Virus record (IMG/VR): IMGVR_UViG_3300027785_001786
Length of the DNA: 20,000 nucleotides
Direction: 5' to 3' (one strand)
Source of the DNA: an uncultured virus (IMG/VR IMGVR_UViG_3300027785_001786)
Lineage: Duplodnaviria; Heunggongvirae; Uroviricota; Caudoviricetes
Shown: piece after piece, positions 1 to 8,312 of the stretch
Position numbering within the stretch: position 1 is the stretch's first letter
How the letters are laid out: each line of letters starts with the position of its first letter
Translations under genes and position numbers: made by a program
The notes under the pieces: generated by a model
Databases searched by the model: none
The model's input: only the letters and a program-made list of their open reading frames with translations
Told to the model about the DNA's origin: nothing

Positions 1-3000
1 CCCGAAGTAACTTTATAAGTTAACTGTGTTGCTGTTGCTGAAATAACAACGCCAGTAGCACTGGATGTTGTTCCGCTTTGTGCAATTGTTTCGCCTACTG
101 CAAATGTAAAAGCATTTGTATAGTTAATTGTTGCTACCGCTGTTTGTGTAAACGGATACATCACTGTGGCATTCATGAAGTTACCAGATACACTGTCAAC
201 TACTGCACGACCAGGCTTGCCGTTGCTGTCTAATACATCCGATTGGAATACATAGCCTAGATAACTGACACTGACCTGTGTGTTACTACTCAATGTAATA
301 ATAATTTTGCCAACAGTTCCGCTGATAGTCGCTGTAACTAATGGTCCGATAGTTGAAACAGTACTTGTGCCATATGTTCCTGGATCACTTGCATAACGCA
401 ATGTAATTTGTGTAGTAGAACTTGCAACACAAGTGAATGTTCCATTATAAGACAAGTTTGTATTGCCAGCAACCGTATATGTTAATAAGGTGCTGGGGGT
501 AAATGTTTGCGTAGGTATATTAAACACAACATCGTATGCACCACTACCAACACTGGTCTTGCTTACAAAACTAATGAGGTTTGTAGATGGAACATAGTCA
601 ACACTGTTATCAATAGGACCAATCTGCATACCGTCAATGACTGAATCGCGGTAGAAGAATAGTTTACGCCATGGACTTTGACTAACTCGATCCAATGGTC
701 GAATAATTGTTCTACGGAATTCATCACCTTTGATTGAAACGTTGGCGGTTAATCGTATTGGGTAATCTTCGTTGTAAATACCAGCTTCAACAAATATAAC
801 AATTTGCAATGCACCGACACTTTCAGCAAATTCTAATTCTTCATTATTTGCTTGGTCAAAGAATCCAGGTTGTAGTAACTGGCAAGTGATTGTGTCATTT
901 GATGCACCAGTTAATGATCCAGGACTATAGCTTAATATATTTGCTGTGGCACCAGAAGAACCACCTCGTAAAATTTTTCCTGGCAAAATATTAAAATCAC
1001 CAGGAGGGCATTGGTCAACATAGCCGTTGCCGCCGTTGGTAAATGTAATGGTATAGATACCTGTTCCAAAGTCTGGTGTAGGTGCAACACCTACACCATT
1101 AACTACAATGCTTAACATAATAGCATAGTTGTTGGTAAATGTGGTAATAGCTGTAATGGTAAAAGTTAATGCGCCGCTTGGTGTACCATTAGCGGCCGCA
1201 CTTAATGTAAGTTGATTTCCATTCACCGCAGTAACAACTTGTCCAGCAGTATATCCAGTGCCCGATACGGTCATACCAACTTTGACAGTTCCACTTATGC
1301 TGGTAACATTCAATGTAGTGCTGGATGATGTTGAATATGTAGCAGATGCAGTGTATCCTCGATTTGCATCTTTACTACCGTCCACGGCCTGCGTTACCAA
1401 CACTTGATAACGACTTGCAACTGTTTGATTTAAAACTTGCAATCCTAAAGTTCTAGCATATTGAATACCATCGAGAGTTTCTGTCAACTGTGTTGTAATA
1501 GCTAGCCTAGCACTGGCACTTTTGTAATAACTCTTACCAGCATTGATACTTTGATATGTGCCACCACTTAACAGATCAATGCTCATGGCATCAACAATAT
1601 ATCCCACGTCTCTGCGACAAAGGGCTTCGTTATAGTTGAAGCCGCCTTTGTATTTTTCATTTAAGTAAGTTGTGGTTGACTGTGCAACTGTTAATGCATT
1701 GGCTAAAATTGTAGAACGCACTGCAACATAACCTGTACTAGCATATGAACTATTGGTTAAATCTGGTGTTGCTGTAACCAAGTTGGGAGGATTAAGATCT
1801 ATTACATTAATAATTCTATCCCACTTGGTATTCATAGCGGTAACAGCACCAGCTCCATCTGTATAAGTTCCGCTGGTTGTTTGAGCCAATTCAAATGTAG
1901 TGGTGGTTGCAATACTCCATGTACCAGGATCACTTGGGTAAGAAATTGTTGTACTGGTTGATGTACTGGCAGTTACTACGAATGTCCCGTTGTAACCAGT
2001 ATTTGAGTTGCCGGCCACTGTAATTTTTTCACCAACTGGGATTGGTATAATTCGAGTAGGTGTAGATAGTCTAACTAGATAAGGGCCCGATCCGGCCTTG
2101 GATATAAATGTCGCTGTCTTGGGTAAAATACTTTGATACAGCGCACTTGGTGGATTGTTACCGATGATAGAAGCAGATATTGTTTGCAGATAACTAAGAC
2201 TGGCTACCTTGGCTGCTTTTTCAGTTGGATCAATAGCACTGGTATATACTGTTAGCGCATTTACTACTGCACTGGTCCAAAATTGATTGGCCGCAGTAGT
2301 TGAGCCACTTAACCCGCCGTAAGTCAAATCATAGGCCACTGCTTCCACAAGCAATTGCACATCTTTCTGCCATTGTATTTGGCCGTCAGCATCAACATAA
2401 TTTAGTGATGCGTAATTTTGTTTGATCCAACCAGTAACTTCTGCTGATATAAATCCAACGTTGGCCAATAATAATTGAGATGCACTATTAAATGGAGACC
2501 CTAATGAAGAAGGCGCAACTAATGATACACTTGTTCTATTTGCCAAGCTGAACAACAGTGTATTAGTAATTGTATTGAACAACGCGGTAATCTGCGTGAT
2601 AGCAGTTGCATTATTAATATATGGATATGTGTTGTTAACAAACGTTATGGTATTGGTAATTGCTGAAGTTTTTGCAGAATTAATATTTCCATAAACTGTT
2701 ACCAGTGTTGCGGCACCTGCGGCATAATTTGGCGGCGTAACAGCAGGCGCATTGTTAGCTGATATCAACCCTGCCCATGTTGCTGTTGTTGTAACTTGTG
2801 TATTTGTTAATGTAATTGCCGAGCCGCCCGACGATGATGAAATTTTGAAACGTGTGGCATCTGTAATTTCAATTACATAGTAAGCTGTGCCGCCAGTAAT
2901 GCCGCCAAAGTAAGGAGTAATAGTTGTTGCACCACCTCCATAAACACCAGGATCATTAGGATAGCTAAGGGTAACTGTTGTAGGTGTAGAACTGTTAACA

Positions 3001-5309
3001 GCAAAATTACCGTTGTAACTGGTGTTGGCATTGCCGGCCATGGTAAATGATGTGTTAGCTAAAGGTTGCACAGTCCATGCTGGTACTGCAAACGTTACCA
3101 AGTATGGGCCTGAGCCTGACTTACTTTGGAAACCAGTAACAGTTATAGCAGATGCTAGGTCAAAAGTTAACAACATACCAGCAGTCATATTTGTTGTGCT
3201 AGCAGTTGTAATTCCACTAATGCTATTAGTAGCAGTAATTGTAAATGTAGTGCCTGAAATAAGTGCAACTAAATTTGAAATAGTTGGGCCTTGTGCCGCG
3301 CCGCCAGTGTATGTTTGATTCTGATACTGATTAACACTGTTTTGATAAACTTGTGCTGGTCCAACATTATTAATAATTGCTTGCGCCAGCGTATTGATAT
3401 ATGCAATGGCACCCTTGGTCGCCGCAAGTTCGCTACTAGCAATCTGTCTAACGGCATTTTCCCAATATCTTTGTCCTGCATAAACAGTTCTGCTGTTACC
3501 ACCATACAACTGATCATATGCAATGGCTTCCATAATGTAAGCAACATCTCGTTTACAAGTAGTTTGACTATATGCTAATTTTGGATAATTGGCCGCTATC
3601 CAAGCAATAATTTCAGCCTGTGCAAATGCTATGTTGTTCAATAACAAAGTTCTTGCGCTTTGTTTTGCTATGCTTGAACTGCTGGTTGCAGTCATGATCA
3701 ATGCTGGTTCAATACCGCCCTGAACCACCACAATCATGGCATTGATGCAACTGGTAATTCTATCCCGAGCAACCGTTACTGGGTTACCACCAATTTGTGC
3801 TAAATTATTTAATTCTAGTTTTAACTGGCCGAGTGCTCCAACTATTTCTTCAACTGTTAATCCGGTAGCCGCATCTGGATAATATCTAGCAGAAACGATA
3901 CTCTGATAGTTGGAATTCAACACCATGTCATAATTAACAGCATCGATCACAGAATTAAGATAGGTAGTAAGCGAAGCAGAGTTATAGGCAAAAGCCAACA
4001 CTTCATCTCTGGCATAGTTAATAGCATCAACAGTCTGAATCAATTGATTACTAATAATTGCGGAATTTTGCTTTGCAAAGTAAGAAGTGGCAAATTGCAG
4101 ACTATTGTAATTAGAACCAATCACAAGGTCAGTGCCAACTGCTGTTAAAATTGATGCTATGTCACTTTGATATCTAACTTGGTCGTAAGTGAATGTGTTT
4201 ACATATTTGTTATTGATGTATGCAATAGTTTCTGCTTGAATGAATGCTTTGTTTGCAGTGAGCAATGCCGCGGCATCTTCATAACCAGCAACACCTGTAT
4301 TTCCGCCACTGCGTGTGACAGATTGTATTGTTGAGTTAAACTGATTGGGACTAATTGTAAAGCTGATCTTTTGACGATATGGCCCAGGTTCCAAGCTGGC
4401 CAGACTTTGTAGTGTTTCAGCTTGAAGTGCGGCCGCACCAATAGTTTTATAAGCATGTGCCCAGTTCCGGCCTTCGCGTCCGGGAGGAGTTTTTAATTGT
4501 GTGTCATCGCCGTCTGTGCGTACATACAAGTTGGTTGAGCTGACAAATACTTCATTATCAACATAAAATTTTGTAGCGGCCTGCTTGTCATCTGCACTGT
4601 TTGGAGTGCCAAAGCCAGCTACTGGAGCAGGATGATCGCTGAGAGTCAACTTGCCAATCATTGTGTCACCGCCACGATACACTGTATTTTTACGTGGCAA
4701 TGCTTCGTTTGATAGATAGTTGCTAGTTAACGTTGAATCATAAGTTATGTCAGTTAAATCTGGAGTCAGCGGTTCATCACGTAAACGCAATGCTCCTACA
4801 ACCACGTTGCCGTCGCCTTTGCCAACATAGTGAGTGTCAGCATAACCCTTGCTAATTGCCAATTTATCAATAGTTGTTGAAATACCAAGACTTGCATACG
4901 TGGCATTGAACGCATTGACCAATGCTGAGCTTGGATCAGGAATGTTACCAACTGCTAAATTATTAATGTTTAATGGTCCACCTAAACGAGGAGCAATGTC
5001 GTTTCTCAAATCGGATGTGGTACCAACCAAACGTAATTCGCCAGCACGGCTGTTATCAATACTAACACCTCCAGTGGCAGTTAGTGTTTTAGCAAGTATT
5101 GATGTGCCTGCACCGTTAGTAATAAACACCTGATCAGCAGTATAGCTATCCGGAGTATCCCCTAGAGCAGTGAATTTAATCGTGCCGCCCAGGCCAAAAA
5201 TTGCATATACTTCTGTAAAGTTATCATTTACCTTGCGGAACGAGTCACGAATACTGTCGCCTGTGCCGTCATTACCTTGTATACCAATATCAATTTCTTG
5301 TTTTGCCAT
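1..5309 (-). CDS. Giant modular tail fibre/baseplate-associated structural protein (partial, >1769 aa, runs off the left edge)
   Basis: Manual translation from ATG at 5309 gives MAKQEIDIGIQGNDGTGDSIRDSFRKVNDNFTEVY, the DGTGD-x-R-x-F-x-K-x-N-x-NF motif of T4 gp9/gp10-like baseplate and fibre proteins. It also has RGGDTMIGKLTL and QAATKFYVD fibre motifs and Thr/Ser/Gly-rich beta modules. Every segment I translated is in one frame, which is still open at the edge (..ATGVVISATATQLTYKVTS). It is probably absent from the ORF track because there is no stop in the window. Confidence 0.88.
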   Translation of the reverse strand, partial: MAKQEIDIGIQGNDGTGDSIRDSFRKVNDNFTEVYAIFGLGGTIKFTALGDTPDSYTADQVFITNGAGTSILAKTLTATGGVSIDNSRAGELRLVGTTSDLRNDIAPRLGGPLNINNLAVGNIPDPSSALVNAFNATYASLGISTTIDKLAISKGYADTHYVGKGDGNVVVGALRLRDEPLTPDLTDITYDSTLTSNYLSNEALPRKNTVYRGGDTMIGKLTLSDHPAPVAGFGTPNSADDKQAATKFYVDNEVFVSSTNLYVRTDGDDTQLKTPPGREGRNWAHAYKTIGAAALQAETLQSLASLEPGPYRQKISFTISPNQFNSTIQSVTRSGGNTGVAGYEDAAALLTANKAFIQAETIAYINNKYVNTFTYDQVRYQSDIASILTAVGTDLVIGSNYNSLQFATSYFAKQNSAIISNQLIQTVDAINYARDEVLAFAYNSASLTTYLNSVIDAVNYDMVLNSNYQSIVSARYYPDAATGLTVEEIVGALGQLKLELNNLAQIGGNPVTVARDRITSCINAMIVVVQGGIEPALIMTATSSSSIAKQSARTLLLNNIAFAQAEIIAWIAANYPKLAYSQTTCKRDVAYIMEAIAYDQLYGGNSRTVYAGQRYWENAVRQIASSELAATKGAIAYINTLAQAIINNVGPAQVYQNSVNQYQNQTYTGGAAQGPTISNLVALISGTTFTITATNSISGITTASTTNMTAGMLLTFDLASAITVTGFQSKSGSGPYLVTFAVPAWTVQPLANTSFTMAGNANTSYNGNFAVNSSTPTTVTLSYPNDPGVYGGGATTITPYFGGITGGTAYYVIEITDATRFKISSSSGGSAITLTNTQVTTTATWAGLISANNAPAVTPPNYAAGAATLVTVYGNINSAKTSAITNTITFVNNTYPYINNATAITQITALFNTITNTLLFSLANRTSVSLVAPSSLGSPFNSASQLLLANVGFISAEVTGWIKQNYASLNYVDADGQIQWQKDVQLLVEAVAYDLTYGGLSGSTTAANQFWTSAVVNALTVYTSAIDPTEKAAKVASLSYLQTISASIIGNNPPSALYQSILPKTATFISKAGSGPYLVRLSTPTRIIPIPVGEKITVAGNSNTGYNGTFVVTASTSTSTTISYPSDPGTWSIATTTTFELAQTTSGTYTDGAGAVTAMNTKWDRIINVIDLNPPNLVTATPDLTNSSYASTGYVAVRSTILANALTVAQSTTTYLNEKYKGGFNYNEALCRRDVGYIVDAMSIDLLSGGTYQSINAGKSYYKSASARLAITTQLTETLDGIQYARTLGLQVLNQTVASRYQVLVTQAVDGSKDANRGYTASATYSTSSSTTLNVTSISGTVKVGMTVSGTGYTAGQVVTAVNGNQLTLSAAANGTPSGALTFTITAITTFTNNYAIMLSIVVNGVGVAPTPDFGTGIYTITFTNGGNGYVDQCPPGDFNILPGKILRGGSSGATANILSYSPGSLTGASNDTITCQLLQPGFFDQANNEELEFAESVGALQIVIFVEAGIYNEDYPIRLTANVSIKGDEFRRTIIRPLDRVSQSPWRKLFFYRDSVIDGMQIGPIDNSVDYVPSTNLISFVSKTSVGSGAYDVVFNIPTQTFTPSTLLTYTVAGNTNLSYNGTFTCVASSTTQITLRYASDPGTYGTSTVSTIGPLVTATISGTVGKIIITLSSNTQVSVSYLGYVFQSDVLDSNGKPGRAVVDSVSGNFMNATVMYPFTQTAVATINYTNAFTFAVGETIAQSGTTSSATGVVISATATQLTYKVTS

Positions 5310-5314
5310 TTTTA

Positions 5315-5638
5315 TTAAACTCCGAAGCTAGAACCGCAACCGCATGTTGATTTTGCGTTGGGATTTGTGATTGTGAAAGAACTGCCTGCAAGCTCTTCTT
5401 TATAGTCTATTTCTGCACCCTGCAGATATTGCATACTCATTGCATCTACAAGTAACTTAAATTCATCTAGAGGAACTTCAAAATCATCCTCATTCATTAC
5501 ATCGTCAAAAGTAAAACCGTAGCTAAAGCCACTACAGCCTCCACCTTGTACAAAAGTGCGTAATGATAATTGGGGATTGTTTTCTTCAAGGAGTAGGTCC
5601 TTGATTTTTGTTTTTGCTGACTCGGATATAGTGATCAT
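5315..5638 (-). CDS. erpA: Iron-sulfur cluster carrier/insertion protein, A-type (ErpA/IscA/HesB family)
   Basis: Has [20 protein letters not shown] and [14 protein letters not shown], giving the three conserved Cys. Start re-assigned to ATG 5638 (MITISESAK), which follows a GAGGG Shine-Dalgarno-like sequence. Confidence 0.93.
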   Translation of the reverse strand: MITISESAKTKIKDLLLEENNPQLSLRTFVQGGGCSGFSYGFTFDDVMNEDDFEVPLDEFKLLVDAMSMQYLQGAEIDYKEELAGSSFTITNPNAKSTCGCGSSFGV

Positions 5639-5655
5639 GATTGCCCTCGATATGA

Positions 5656-5663
5656 TATTTATC
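5656..5663 (-). promoter_or_regulatory. Putative T4-type late promoter (GATAAATA) for erpA and the giant tail gene
   Basis: One mismatch to the T4 late consensus TATAAATA, intergenic, about 18 nt upstream of the erpA ATG. Confidence 0.5.
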
Positions 5664-5684
5664 AAACCAATTTTATAATCCGAA

Positions 5685-5692
5685 TGTAAATA
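5685..5692 (+). promoter_or_regulatory. Putative T4-type late promoter variant (TGTAAATA)
   Basis: TAAATA core 4 nt before ATG 5697, which would give a nearly leaderless mRNA. Divergent from the 5656-5663 site. Confidence 0.4.
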
Positions 5693-5696
5693 GTAT

Positions 5697-5984
5697 ATGT
5701 TCATACGCACTGAGTTTAGAGAATCACATCATGTACGCACCAGCAATAGGGGCATTACTCATACCTACAAGCGTAAAAAAACTGTGGTTGTGCTACAATG
5801 TGATGCATGTAGCGAAGTAATTTATCGAGATAAAGGAAGTATGGATCCCAAACGCATAAACAATAATTTTTACCATGTGTGTGCTGACTGTGACCCAAAA
5901 AAGTTTGCACAACTCAAAGGTGTAGAAGCACGTAAGATTTGGGATATACCGGCTAGTAGCTTAAAAACTATAGGCCAATTATAG
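5697..5984 (+). CDS. Hypothetical protein with two CxxC pairs (putative Zn ribbon)
   Basis: 95-aa basic ORF containing LQCDACSE and HVCADCD; fills the gap between neighbouring genes. Confidence 0.7.
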   Translation: MFIRTEFRESHHVRTSNRGITHTYKRKKTVVVLQCDACSEVIYRDKGSMDPKRINNNFYHVCADCDPKKFAQLKGVEARKIWDIPASSLKTIGQL

Positions 5985-5987
5985 CTA

Positions 5988-5995
5988 TATAAATA
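5988..5995 (+). promoter_or_regulatory. T4-type late promoter TATAAATA
   Basis: Exact T4 gp55 late consensus, intergenic, followed by AGGAGA (6002-6007) and ATG 6014. Confidence 0.7.
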
Positions 5996-6013
5996 CTCAA
6001 CAGGAGATTAACC

Positions 6014-6274
6014 ATGTTACATTATATTAAAAGTTTGTTTGGAATTACACCTAAGGAAGCACCAGTTGCCGAAGTACCGTATAAAGTAGAAGCAAAATCA
6101 TGGGAAGATACATCAGATATTGCTCTTGCCCAACGTCCAATTCCAGTTGCTGACCAGGCTACTCAAGCAGTTGTTGAATCAATGGCTCCAGCTAAAAAGC
6201 CAGCGGCTAAGAAAACTACAGCTAAGAAAGCACCAGCGGCTAAAAAGCCACGTACTCCAAAAGCGGCAAAATAA
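6014..6274 (+). CDS. Small hypothetical protein with Lys/Ala/Pro-rich histone-H1-like C-terminal tail
   Basis: Strong SD (AGGAGA); C-terminus APAKKPAAKKTTAKKAPAAKKPRTPKAAK. Confidence 0.8.
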   Translation: MLHYIKSLFGITPKEAPVAEVPYKVEAKSWEDTSDIALAQRPIPVADQATQAVVESMAPAKKPAAKKTTAKKAPAAKKPRTPKAAK

Positions 6275-6300
6275 TATAAGGGTCTTGTGCCCTTATATTA
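6272..6300. terminator. Probable bidirectional terminator hairpin between convergent genes
   Basis: Perfect 11-bp inverted repeat TAATATAAGGG-TCTTGTG-CCCTTATATTA overlapping the stop codons of the two convergent ORFs. Confidence 0.7.
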
Positions 6301-6520
6301 ACTTGTCTAATTGCTCAGAGTATCGAGCCATATCCTCTTGAATCCTGGCCTTGCGCTGTTCATTCAAATTGGGATTTTCTTCCAGCTCTTCTCGGAGAGT
6401 TTCCAACCTGTGTATCAGTTGATCTCGAGATAGCTTTGGGCTTGATTTTGTAGCGCCATATTGCCGAGGCGCTTGTCGTTGTGTGGTGCGCTGACCTTTT
6501 TTACTAGTGTTATTTCCCAT
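6293..6520 (-). CDS. Hypothetical protein (basic N-terminus, predicted helical C-terminus)
   Basis: 75-aa ORF directly downstream of uvsE, ending in the hairpin. No recognisable family. Confidence 0.6.
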   Translation of the reverse strand: MGNNTSKKGQRTTQRQAPRQYGATKSSPKLSRDQLIHRLETLREELEENPNLNEQRKARIQEDMARYSEQLDKLI

Positions 6521-6538
6521 CTATTTGTTTCATAATTC

Positions 6539-7561
6539 CTATACTAATTTTAGTTCTACTGCCCTATTGTACACTTGCTCACTGCTCAAGTTTTTACCTT
6601 TGCTTTCACACATGATGTCAAAGTTTTCCCAGAAGCCCAACGCCCAATCAGTCACTGGCTGATTCCAGTACCAATCACTGTGTGCCCGCATCTTTTGTTT
6701 CTTGTAGCCTTGTGCTAACAGTTCAGTATGATCTGGCAACACATTCACTGGGTGATCCACCAACACATCTTCTCTACTCACACTGTAATGGCATACTGGC
6801 CGTACACCACGCCAAGAATCAATGATACGTTTGACTCTATCATCTGCAGGCTGAATGTACTCGCCGGTGCGAATCCAATGATGGTGAATGTCCAATACCA
6901 GCGCACAGTGATCCACCAGTTCAATACTGCTATCCACACCCCAGCAGTTCTCATCATTCTCAATAGTGATGCAGTTACGGGCTTCGGGGCTCAACTTCTT
7001 CAGCGTTTCTTTGATGCCTTCAGGACCACGCTTGCCTGAAATATGCACATTGATCTTCATGTCTTGGAATGTCTTACCAAAGCCCATCCATCTAGCCATG
7101 TCCGCATGATATTCAAATTCTTCAATGCTACGTTCTACGATGCCGGGATTCTCACTGGCCAGCACACAGAACTGTCCTGGATGGAAACTAATACGCACAT
7201 CATGTTTGCGAGCGGCTTCACCTACTGGAGCAAAGATACGTTCGCAATGCTGTTGTTGATCTGGATGTTGCCACCAAGTAATCCAATCTTTTTCAGTGTA
7301 GCCACTCAGCATTTCAGATCCAATACGCATCATTCTGCGCTCAGGTGGCAGAGTAGCAACTTTTTCAATCATTTTAACCGCGGCACTTGTGTTGTGATTC
7401 ATCAAGTCATATTGACGTTGTTCAGCTTCAAGCGGATGTTCACGCAACCATCGCATGGTGGTACTGCGACCATTCATTACTCTATTAGCGGCATTTACTT
7501 TCATGCCTCTCACTTCACTAGCATCGTCTAACCATTTGCAAGCATAGCCTATACGTTTCAT
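6539..7561 (-). CDS. uvsE: UV-damage endonuclease UvsE/UvdE
   Basis: Has MKRIGYAC, RIGSEM, RISFHPGQFCVLAS, INVHISG, ITIENDE, LVLDIHHHWI, HYS, RAHSD and DIMCESKGKNL, the metal-binding motifs of the UvsE TIM barrel. Confidence 0.95.
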   Translation of the reverse strand: MKRIGYACKWLDDASEVRGMKVNAANRVMNGRSTTMRWLREHPLEAEQRQYDLMNHNTSAAVKMIEKVATLPPERRMMRIGSEMLSGYTEKDWITWWQHPDQQQHCERIFAPVGEAARKHDVRISFHPGQFCVLASENPGIVERSIEEFEYHADMARWMGFGKTFQDMKINVHISGKRGPEGIKETLKKLSPEARNCITIENDENCWGVDSSIELVDHCALVLDIHHHWIRTGEYIQPADDRVKRIIDSWRGVRPVCHYSVSREDVLVDHPVNVLPDHTELLAQGYKKQKMRAHSDWYWNQPVTDWALGFWENFDIMCESKGKNLSSEQVYNRAVELKLV

Positions 7562-7569
7562 GTGTGCCT

Positions 7570-7752
7570 TTACCAGTGTCGTACGACACCTAAGATTATA
7601 AAAAAGTTTGTAAGTACATATATTAACACAATCGCAGTTCTAATGCAAGCAATTCGGTCCGCTTCCACGTCCGAACTGCCCGATTTTTCACCCAGAGCTT
7701 TTGCCCACAGTCTCCAGTAATGCTTAACCTTCGTACGTAGCCGAATTAGCAC
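7570..7752 (-). CDS. Small membrane protein (start uncertain)
   Basis: WRLWAKALGEKSG..DVEADRIACIRTAIVLIYVLTNFFIILGVVRHW with a C-terminal hydrophobic helix. The ORF-track start at 7818 overlaps queD extensively, so a later start (e.g. GTG ~7752) is more likely. Confidence 0.6.
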   Translation of the reverse strand: MLIRLRTKVKHYWRLWAKALGEKSGSSDVEADRIACIRTAIVLIYVLTNFFIILGVVRHW

Positions 7753-8239
7753 CGTGTTCAAATACCTCAACTGATTTGATCCTGACTGTTGGATTGATTG
7801 GGTAATGCATATCGCCACTAGCTAAAAGCTCAGCCATTTTGTCATATGCCATTTTGGCAAACATTTCACAGCCTACACCTGGAACAATTCTTAGATCGCA
7901 CAGTGCGCCGCGCTCGTGTGGCAGTTTGCTTAGATGATCTTTACTTTCAATATCCACCATCTCATTCATATGTTTGAAAAATTCCAGCATAGGATCGTCT
8001 TCAGCAACCACTAGTGTGTGATCGAACATAGAATCGGCCCAGGCCTTAAATTCTTTTAAGCCACCAAAGTCCATGCACCAGTTTTTGTCATCTAGAGTAT
8101 CACATTCAAATATTAATTTGATACCAATTGAATAACCATGTATTGTTGAGCAATGGCTGTGTGTGGCACGCCATTGTCTAAAACAGCAGGATAAGCCTCT
8201 GTCGTTACCGTAAGTTTTTGTTGAGTAAAATTTTGCCAT
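7724..8239 (-). CDS. queD: 6-carboxy-5,6,7,8-tetrahydropterin synthase / 6-pyruvoyl-tetrahydropterin synthase (QueD/PTPS, T-fold)
   Basis: Has HSHCSTIHGY (CxxxHG), WCMDFGGLK, FDHTLVV, GCEMFA and VEVFEHGANSATY. SD AGGAGA lies upstream. Confidence 0.9.
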   Translation of the reverse strand: MAKFYSTKTYGNDRGLSCCFRQWRATHSHCSTIHGYSIGIKLIFECDTLDDKNWCMDFGGLKEFKAWADSMFDHTLVVAEDDPMLEFFKHMNEMVDIESKDHLSKLPHERGALCDLRIVPGVGCEMFAKMAYDKMAELLASGDMHYPINPTVRIKSVEVFEHGANSATYEG

Positions 8240-8306
8240 TGTATTCTCCTTGAATAAGCAATGACACGCAGAGTTTATATTGCGGGATGAGCGTCTTAGT
8301 CCGCAT
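8240..8306 (-). ncRNA. Candidate cis-regulatory RNA (riboswitch-like pseudoknot) in the queD 5' UTR
   Basis: UGCGG/CCGCA stem, 15-nt loop ACUAAGACGCUCAUC, A-rich linker AUAUAAACUCU, and downstream GCGUGUC complementary to loop GACGC. It starts at the predicted transcription start site. Confidence 0.5.
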
Positions 8307-8312
8307 GTAGTA

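Noticed and set aside
3022..5133. Short ORF-track entries (3022+, 3269-, 3291+, 4199-, 4849+)
   Set aside because: They are antisense or off-frame shadows of the giant minus-strand tail gene.
5639..5710. N-terminal extension of ErpA in the ORF track
   Set aside because: It overlaps the divergent gene and promoter region, and the family-like sequence and SD point to ATG 5638.
6510..6533. Mini-ORF MKQIDGK on the minus strand behind an AGGA SD, overlapping the start of the 6293-6520 ORF
   Set aside because: Only 7 codons. It could reflect a frameshift or coupling peptide, but the sequence alone gives no support.
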